This document shows, in pieces, positions 13,230 through 21,874 of a stretch of DNA of 33,137 nt; position 1 is the stretch's first letter; each line of letters opens with the position of its first letter. Where the stretch lies: positions 1 to 33,137 of the forward strand of contig MU271677.1 in the NCBI GenBank assembly GCA_021432655.1, written 5' to 3'. Source of the DNA: Atractiella rhizophila. Its lineage: Eukaryota. The notes under the pieces are model-generated. The model was not told where the DNA came from and did no database searches. It worked only from the letters and a program-made list of their open reading frames with translations. Position numbers and translations under genes: made by a program.

Positions 13230-13913
13230 TTAGCTCAATTTGCTTAGAACCTTCACTCCTGCTGTTCAATGCTTCGTCTTCAAGGGCATGAACCAGCTTT
13301 TATAGATTACGTGAGGACCCCTCCACCTCCACCAGGCGTTCACGGTGCGCACTTTCTCTTAATGATTCCATTTCATTTCTGAACAAGTTCTTTCTGACTG
13401 CACCACCTCCAATAGCGCCCCGGCGCCGCTGTTCCCGAGCTAATCTTGAAGAACTTGCTTTTGGCTTTGGTTCGTTCCCCTTCTCATCCATCCTACTCTC
13501 ACAATCTCGACAAAATGTGTATTCATCTACGGTTTACACATGTCTCTGTGAAGGATCCAGCTCTCAAACGTTCAAACAGTTGATATTCGGTTAACGTGAA
13601 ATCCACTCGAATCAAGACGGTAATAATCATCAAGAGATCACTATCTGTAGCCCAGGCACCACTCCTCGACTGTTGCCCCATGCAAAAATGGGGTTCTACG
13701 TCAGAGGTAACGCCAGCTTTCTAGAGCTCTTCATCAGACTGGCTGGAAGATTCGGATGGTATGCGAAGTCAACGCTGACTAGTTGACCTTTGCTAGCATT
13801 TCAATGCTACTTCAAGTTTACAAAGTATATCTTTGATATTTCCCAATTTGATACCGTTATCTTTGTCCAGTTTGATACGCAATTGTTGACTAAACTACTT
13901 TCGTTCGATTCCT

Positions 13914-14815
13914 TCAGCTCAGTGCCTTCACAATCGCCTCAGCGACCCTATCGCGTCAACAAAGTCATTTCAATTCGGTGAACATGATGAATACTTACGG
14001 TCCAGCACTAGCGGGATTTTGGCCAGTAATGAACTTGCCATCAACGACAACGTTAGGCTGGTAATCCGCGACTTTCGAAAAGACGGCGCCTTTGGCAGCG
14101 AGCGCGTCCTCGAGAAGGAAAGGTACTTTCTCAGTCGCCCCAATCGCTGCTTCTTCGCTATTCGTATACCCCGTCAGTTTCTTCTCAGATACGAGATCCT
14201 GTCCATTGGAGAGGACAACGTTGCGGAAGACGGCTGGACCGTGACAGACTGCTGAGACGACCTGGCGCCGAAAAGTTTAAGTCCAGTTGAGCTTGACTGA
14301 GTGGGACGAACAGTACCTTTCCGGCTTCCCAGAATTCCGTGATCAGTTTCTTGGAGGTCTCGTCGATGGCCAGATCAAAGACAGGGCCGTGACCACCAGG
14401 ATAAAAGATCGCATCGTACTCCCCAGACTTGCCTGAGAACTCGCTCAAAACCTTGGTGGTCTTCCAGACTTGTTCCTGTGCTCCAACTTCATCAACTCTA
14501 CATCCTCCACCACTGGAAAGGGAAACGAAACGGACATTTTTTTCCAAGAATTCCAACGATTCGCTGTCCTTTTGCTGCTTGGAGAAATCGATAGAAAACC
14601 AATCCAACGGCGCTTCGCCACCCTTTGGAGAAGCAAACGTCAGGGAGTATCCCGCCTTCTTAAACACATTGTAAGGATGAGCAAGTTCGGGCTACCTCAA
14701 GATTATGAGTGAAGTGAGTTCGATCGGGCAAAAGAGAACGTACGAGGAACCATCCGCCGAGAGAATCATCGGTGTGAGGATGAGAAGTGAGGACGACGAG
14801 GATCTTCTTTGTCAT
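13914..14815 (-). CDS. DJ-1/PfpI family protein (Hsp31-like), paralog 2
   Basis: MTKKILVVLTSH... with the same motifs (PELAHPY, GGHGP, SAVCHGP, ITGQNP) and the same intron positions as paralog 1. Confidence 0.95.
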
Positions 14816-15230
14816 ATTGATCGATTTGGTGTGCAGTTGTTACGAGTACCGTGAGAGTGTTAGATTGATGCTTGACTTTCAAGATGGGGTATGTTGCCAG
14901 TTTTTATAGAATGACGTACCGAGAGGTCCCACTTCCCGAAGTGGAGCTTTCAGGCCGGAAAACGTGAAAAGAAGTGGACCAGCGGGAATCTTTGGGAGGG
15001 AGCATGAGTAAGAGCGCAGGCTCTGGAACCGTGTAGTGGACGTGGAGGGATGGGCGGAAGGGCTCAGGGAGTCTGAGAGATGGACGACGCAGGCAATTAT
15101 GAAAAAAACGAAGAAATACATTCTACAAAGTTGTGCAAAGATATCTTCAACATTCAACAAGAGCAAGTCGAAATATTCACAAAATTTCACAATTTACAAT
15201 TAGTGATGGTCTATCCCCTCTCAATTATAA

Positions 15231-17265
15231 TCAGGTGCTAAACAAGCCTTTGCCTGCCATAGTCTGGTCAAACATTTGCAAAGCCGCCTGCCCATACTCG
15301 AGCGTTCCATGAGTGTAAGCCGGCACCTGTGTTGTATGGTCCAACACATAGAAGTATCATGGTCAGCCCTCTACCAAAGCTAAGCGGCGTAAGGAAGGGA
15401 AACAGACCTCGTGTCCTGCACCAAAGACTCGCACGTAGCTGAATGACCCCGCATTGAAATACAACCCTGCGGGCTGTCCAGCGACTGTCCAATTCTGCAA
15501 TGATTGCGATTGAGAGGCGATATCGAGGGAAGTGTTGAAGACCCCAATCATCCGCTCAATCCCAATGTAGTTAGCAAGGTAGTCCTGTTCACCGACCAAC
15601 AACGGATGGAGATCATCAGTTTTTTCGCGTAATAAAGGAGGGAAAGAAAGAGGAGGAACTGACGGCGTCTCCAACATAGATTAAAGTCTTGACTCCAGCA
15701 TCGATGACCTTCTCCAAAGCTGGTCTAGCATTCTTCATCCAATCACCAGTGGCTATGAATGAACCATAAACGAGTTCGTTGAACTGCTTCCAGTCCTCTT
15801 CTGCTCCAATCGTATCCTTGATCCCCTTCAGATAGTTGTCAAGGGCTGGCGGGAACGGGTCGGGGGCGACGTGTGGTATAAAGTACGGGTTTTGGGAACC
15901 GACGAGAGGAGTAAAGATGCCGTTCTGGCAGTAGAATTGGGCGATGGCGCAGTCTTCGGCGGAAGCACCATCGTAACATGCTTGAATCTACAGACAGTTG
16001 ATCATTTACTATTTACGTCTTTTATCGGGAACGGACACTTACCTGGTCCTTGCAACCACCCGCGAGAGAATAGCTGATATTAGAAGCTGCAACCGCTTGT
16101 GGGATGGTAGTTGGCCCATAGGGATTATTGAGGGCATAGTCCAAATAACTTCCATATTGGATGAGCGGATCCTATGTTCCATTCAACGCGAGACTAGAAA
16201 AGGATGGAATAGAAACTCACAGTCAAGCCATCACCCACCGCCAACACCTCCAAATTGATCCTAGTACCGTTGAACTTGCCAGCGTTTATCTGGTCGTTCT
16301 TGTCCAAAATATATGAAGCGAACTCCGGCCCGTACTTGCCACCATAACTGTTCCGTCACCAAAGCAAAGTCATCAGCCTGACGGCTTTTAGCAGTATAAA
16401 ACTTGAGAAACGGACGATTCGGTCCAGATGCCCACGGAACGATTAGCATATTTCGAGAACGTGGCATCGGAAAAGAAGATCTGTAGGAAAGCCCAAATGT
16501 CTACTGCAGCTTGTTTCGCAGAGGACACTGCGGTTGCGTTGCCATAGGAGAAGCCTACGCCGACCTAAGTGGATCCCGGTATTGTTAATACTGAAAAGAG
16601 GACAGATTAATGCGGAAACGAACGGGTTGATCGATGAAGATGATGTTGGAATTGCTATTCCATGACATTGGATTTAAAGCTACATCCGAAGAGTCGTTGA
16701 GGATCTTGCAGGGTCCATGCGATTGGAAGAGGCCGAGCATAGATGAGGAACCTTAGTGTGTCTCTCAGCGATACATTATAGTGAGTGATGAAGAACAATA
16801 CCAGGTCCGCCATTCTACCGATGTGGCAAAGTCAGGTTGAGGAATGCAGTAGAGTGAGAAGGACTTACAAACCACAGAGCCAACGGCGCAGTTTGAGAGT
16901 TATTCCTGGCCTCGAAGAAGTAAAAGAAGAGATGTTTGTCCACCGCCAAATCTGCATATCCCGAAGCCTGATAAACGTTTGGCGTAGTCTCTACGATCCA
17001 CCCATCCATTGAGTCAGCGCCATATATTCGTACTTCAGAACAACAAAGTGAGCACACCGCATATCCCACTGTTCTGTGTGAACCGTAAACCTCCAGCTGC
17101 TGTCAGGTTTGGAGAGAGGTCCGTTGTTGGCCGGTCAAAGAAGTGTGTGGGAAAGTTGGTGGGGATGCCTCCTAAAACGCCATTGATGACTGGTATGTCC
17201 GAGGCGAGGGTGGGGAGGGATGTGAGGATGAGAAGAGCGAGGGAGTGCGTGAGTCTGAGGTACAT
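15231..17265 (-). CDS. Secreted serine carboxypeptidase S10, paralog 2 (10 exons, including 13-nt micro-exon 16802-16814)
   Basis: Signal peptide [64 protein letters not shown]-terminus [18 protein letters not shown] is collinear with the gene at 61-1980. Confidence 0.93.
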
Positions 17266-17668
17266 GTTGAGATCGTAAAGTCGTGAAGGGTGAAGATGCT
17301 TTGGTTTGATTGGAGAGTTGCAGCTTTTATCCCCACCTCCCGCGCCAAGATTGAAGCTGTGAGAGCGTCATAAAAGCAACTCTATGACGTCTCTAATATC
17401 ATTCGTATTTGTTCTGGTTTCTCCGAGGCAGGTCGACACGAAAGAGAGATGTATCTCCTTGTTCACTCCTACTTATCTGATAAGGAAGTGACTCTCTCTG
17501 ATAAGGGAGGTCGGAGTTGCCTGCTTCGGACGTTCGAGTCAGATGAGTGGAGTCATCAGGGAGTCATTTTTTCCCGAGTCCCTTGCACAAGGCAAAGTTA
17601 TCTGTAGCATCTCCTTTATGCCAAAGAACACGCACTTATAGCTTCGTCCAACGTTCGCCAGCTCATCC
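17266..17668. promoter_or_regulatory. Divergent promoter between peptidase 2 (-) and the WOPR-bZIP gene (+), with GATA and Gcn4-type sites
   Basis: CTTATC-T-GATAAG palindrome 17472-17484, GATAAG 17500, TGACTC 17489, GAGTCA(T) at 17536, 17550 and 17561, ATGACGT near 17383, TATA-like GATAAAAG on the minus strand near 17323-17330. Confidence 0.6.
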
Positions 17669-19428
17669 ATGATTCTCATGCATCAAGCCAATCCAAACAT
17701 GGTGCGTGTACTTCTCTTCACTGTGCTGCGATTCCTCTAACAGTTTCCCCCTCAACGATGTGGTAACAGCACCTGCATCCCACTTACCATGGATCTCTGC
17801 CCACCAATCGCTCCGCCATTCTCCTTTTCCAAGCCTGTCGCCTTAACATCCTCCCAGAACTCACTCGCGCTCTCCTCCCTTCAGAAATTCCAGACCTCAT
17901 CAAACATGGCGCCGTATTTGTCTTCGAACAGGGTATCTCTGGCATCGGATTAGATGGATGGAGGGATGGTATCTCTGTCAGTATTTTTTCATTCAATTTC
18001 TAGCCGTCACTTTAATCTATTCTATCACCAATTCAATCACGTTCTTTATACTTAGCATGTCATATACTGACAAAGGGTATACATTGCATGGGACAGTGGA
18101 GCAAGCCGTACTTCTCGCACGGCTTCCAATTCCAAGACGAAGCTACTCCATCCAGTCGATCCAACTCCCCTCCTCTCACCCGCCAAATGTTCACCGCCGA
18201 CTCCCCCTCGACCTCCGAGACCTTCCACCTCGTTGCCTTCTTCTCTCGCTCGCTCCTCTCCTCCCTTTCCGCCGTCGAGGACGATCCAAACATCTCCCGG
18301 CTCATCATCCCTCCTCATTTTTTTAGGCCAACCGGCTTCGGCGTCGGCCATCCGCTCAATGATACAGAAGCGGGGAGTGACGTTCGAACAGCCCCAAGGA
18401 CGATCCCTCCTCCTCCAGCCCCTTTGGGACCTAGCAACTCGTGGACGAGCACAGGGAGCGGGAGTAGCGTAGATGAACTCTCTGGAACTGCTCGTGAGGA
18501 GAGTGCCGGAGGGAGCGTGAGCATGAGCGTGGGTGAGGGTGCGAGTGGGAGCGGTAAGAGGAAGAGAGGGAGAATAGCGACCACCCACCTCGACTTTCAA
18601 GCACCGACCGAACCAAGGTTTGTCCCTTTCCTTCCTTCTACACTCCCAACTCGGCAGGTAAACTAACTCCTCGTACCCCACAGACAATACCTTTCCGACT
18701 CGAAGACGTCCAAGAAGGACCTCCCAGCTTTCGCTAAACGCTTCATCCGTGACGTGTCCCGCCCCGAGAAGGGTATCACGAGCGAGGAAGGGGCGGAGGA
18801 GTACATCGCGGATAGCATCGAGAAGAAGCGAAGGCAGAACACCATCTGTCCGTTCCCTCCCTTCTCTATCCTCCGCAGCACCAGATGGTGATAGCTGATG
18901 TTCCTGCTGTATTTCTGCTGTGACGTGATGCAATGGGGGGAACAGCGGCTCGCAAGTCCAGAGCTCAGAAAGCAGAACGTTTGAAGAACCTCGAACAGAC
19001 TCTAGCTATTAAAGAAGCGGAAGAGCGTCGACTGCTTTCCCTGGTCGCTTTTCTCGAAGGAAGGTTGAAAGAATCGGAGGCGCGAGATCGGGTTCTCCCC
19101 TCCGCGCCGAGTGTTGCCCCTAGTGATGGTGATCGTTGTCGCTGTGGTGCGGAGAAGAGAGAAGAGGATGACAGGATGGACGTGGAGAAGATGGAGGTGG
19201 AAGACGAAATGGGGACGGAGATCAAGAGATTGAAAGAGGAGAGCGCGGGGTTGAGGAGGACGTTGGAAGTTTTGGAGAGAAGCAATAAGAGCTTGAGAGA
19301 GGTCCAGAGAGCCGGAGAGGAAGAAATCGTACGTTTTTGCCGTTCTGTCTGTGTAGGATTCGCAACCTGATACGCACCGATGACAGGAGGATTTGAGGGA
19401 ACAGTTGAGAAGAGCGAAAGGTGGTTAG
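17669..19428 (+). CDS. WOPR (Gti1/Pac2)-like domain fused to Gcn4/Cpc1-like bZIP, copy A (~449 aa)
   Basis: Exons 17669-17701, 17770-17976, 18097-18617, 18684-18847, 18946-19328 and 19387-19428 total 1350 nt in frame. WOPRa: PTYHGSLPTNRSAILLFQACRLNILP...GAVFVFEQGISGI..WRDGIS|WS. WOPRb: LTRQMFT...HLVAFF...DPNISRLIIP. bZIP: APTEPRQY..SKTSKKDLP and EKKRRQNTISARKSRAQKAERLKNLE plus zipper. Confidence 0.82.
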
Positions 19429-19526
19429 CTCTACGTTCGATGTGAGGAGTCTTGCTATGATATCGTAACTCTGCTTGGAATCGTTTTAGGTTATGTGTTG
19501 ATGCGTGATTAATCGAGGTATGAAGA

Positions 19527-21791
19527 AGGGAGTGCGTGAGTCTGAGGTACATGTTGAGATCGTAAAGTCGTGAAGGGTGAAGATGCTTTGGTTTGATTGG
19601 AGAGTTGCAGCTTTTATCCCCATCTCCCGCGCCAAGATTGAAGCTGTGAGAGCGTCATAAAAGCAACTCTATGACGTCTCTAATATCATTCGTATTTGTT
19701 CTGGTTTCTCCGAGGCAGGTCGACACGAAAGAGAGATGTATCTCCTTGTTCACTCCTCTTTATCTGATAAGGAAGTGACTCTCTGATAAGGGAGGTCGGA
19801 GTTGCCTGCTTCGGACGTTCGAGTCAGATGAGTGGAGTCATCAGGGAGTCATTTTTTCCCGAGTCCCTTGCACAAGGCAAAGTTATCTGTAGCATCTCCT
19901 TTATGCCAAAGAACACGCACTTATAGCTTCGTCCAACGTTCGCCAGCTCATCCATGATTCTCATGCATCAAGCCAATCCAAACATGGTGCGTGTACTTTT
20001 TCATCACTGTGCTGCGATTCCTCTGACAGTTTCCCTCTCAACGATGTGGTATCAGCACCTGCATCCCACTTACCATGGATCTCTGCCAACCAATCGCTCC
20101 GCCATTCTCCTTTTCCAAGCCTGTCGCCTCAACATCCTCCCAGAACTCACTCGCGCTCTCCTCCCCTCAGAAATTCCAGACCTCATCAAACATGGCGCCG
20201 TATTTGTCTTCGAACAGGGTATCTCTGGCATCGGATTAGATGGATGGAGGGATGGTATCTCTGTCAGTATTTTTTTCATTCAATTTCTAGCCGTCACTTT
20301 AATCTATTCTATCACCAATTCAATCACGTTCTTTATACTTAGCATGTTATATACTGACAAAGGGTATATATTGCATGGGACAGTGGAGCAAGCCGTACTT
20401 CTCGCACGGCTTCCAATTCCAAGACGAAGCTACTCCATCCAGTCGATCCAACTCCCCTCCTCTCATCCGCCAAATGTTCACCGCCGACTCCCCCTCGACC
20501 TCCGAGACCTTCCACCTCGTTGCCTTCTTCTCTCGCTCGCTCCTCTCCTCCCTTTCCGCCGTCGAGGACGATCCAAACATCTCCCGGCTCATCATCCCTC
20601 CTCATTTTTTTAGGCCAACCGGCTTCGGCGTCGGCCATCCGCTCAATGATACAGAAGCGGGGAGTGACGTTCGAACAGCCCCAAGGACGATCCCTCCTCC
20701 TCCAGCCCCTTTGGGACCTAGCAACTCGTGGACAAGCACAGGCAGCGGGAGTAGCGTAGATGAACTCTCTGGAACTGCGCGTGAGGAGAGTGCCGGAGGG
20801 AGCGTGAGCATGAGCGTGGGTGAGGGTGCGAGTGGGAGCGGTAAGAGGAAGAGAGGGAGGATAGCGACCACCCACCTCGACTTTCAAGCACCGACCGAAC
20901 CAAGGTTTGTCCCTTTCCTTCCTTCTACACTCCCAACTCGGCAGGTAAACTAACTCCTCGTACCCCACAGACAATACCTTTCGGACTCAAAGACGTCCAA
21001 GAAGGACCTCCCAGCTTTCGCTAAACGCTTCATCCGTGACGTCTCCCGCCCCGAGAAGGGTATCACGAGCGAGGAAGGGGCGGAGGAGTACATCGCAGAT
21101 AGCATCGAGAAGAAGCGAAGGCAGAACACCATTTGTCCGTTCCCTCTCTTCTCTATCCTCCAAACCAGATAGTGATAGCTGATGTAACGTGGTGCAATGG
21201 TGGGAACAGCGGCTCGCAAGTCCAGAGCGCAGAAAGCGGAACGTTTGAAGAACCTCGAACAGACTCTAGCTATTAAAGAAGCGGAAGAGCGTCGACTGCT
21301 GTCCTTGGTCGCTTTTCTCGAAGGAAGGTTGAAAGAATCGGAAGCGCGAGATCGGGTTCTCCCCTCCGCGCCGAGCGTTGCCCCTAGTGATGGTGATCGT
21401 TGTCGCTGTGGTGCGGAGAAGAGAGAAGAGGATGACAGGATGGACGTGGAGAAGATGGACGTAGAAGATGAAAGGGGGGGCGAGATCAAGAGATTGAAAG
21501 AGGAGAGCGCGGGGTTGAGGAGGACCTTGGAGGTTTTGGAGAGGAGCAATAAGAGCTTGAGAGAGGTCCAGAGAGCCGGAGAGGAAGAAATTGTAAGTTT
21601 TTGCCCTTCTGTCTGTTGTAGGATTCGCAACCTGATATGCTCCGATGGCAGGAGGATTTGAGGGAACAGTTGAGAAGAGCGAAAGGTGGTTAGCTTTACG
21701 TTGAACGTGAGGAGTCTTGCTGTGATATCGTAACTCTGCTTGGAATCGTTTTAGGTTATGTGTTGATGCGTGATTAATCGAGGTATGAAGA
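19527..21791 (+). repeat. Direct tandem duplication, unit B (2265 bp)
   Basis: Near-identical to unit A. Differs by scattered substitutions, 1-2 nt indels and a ~23 nt shorter intron 4. Confidence 0.97.
19954..21693 (+). CDS. WOPR-bZIP fusion, copy B
   Basis: Same six-exon structure and splice sites as copy A, frame intact, TAG at 21691-21693. Confidence 0.82.
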
Positions 21792-21874
21792 GTGATCCGT
21801 CTATGTATAACAGGTTACCTATGCACTTTTACGACCCCTTTTCTTCTATAAATTAAGGCCTCGTCCGGGGTCGA

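Larger units (their letters stand above)
17240..19526 (+). repeat. Direct tandem duplication, unit A (2287 bp)
   Basis: Sequence from AGGGAGTGCGTGAG (17240) to GAGGTATGAAGA (19526) recurs immediately at 19527-21791. Confidence 0.97.

Noticed and set aside
17764..17766. TAA in copy A where copy B has TAT, suggesting copy A is a pseudogene
   Set aside because: It lies inside intron 1 (17702-17769), just before the acceptor CAG, so the spliced frame is intact in both copies.
18052..18933. 293-aa minus-strand ORF, and similar long antisense ORFs at 10035-10718, 23584-24261 and 30013-30750
   Set aside because: Shadow ORFs of real genes with no recognisable motifs. The 18052 ORF is not preserved at full length in unit B.
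18933..19370. ORF-track proteins MGGTAARKSR.../MVGTAARKSR... as stand-alone small coiled-coil genes
   Set aside because: Their ATGs are intronic. The basic region is completed only by splicing to the upstream KRRQNTI exon.
17240..21791. Duplicated units as LTRs or a composite transposon
   Set aside because: The units abut directly, contain a spliced host gene, and lack TG..CA ends, target-site duplication or gag/pol/transposase sequence.
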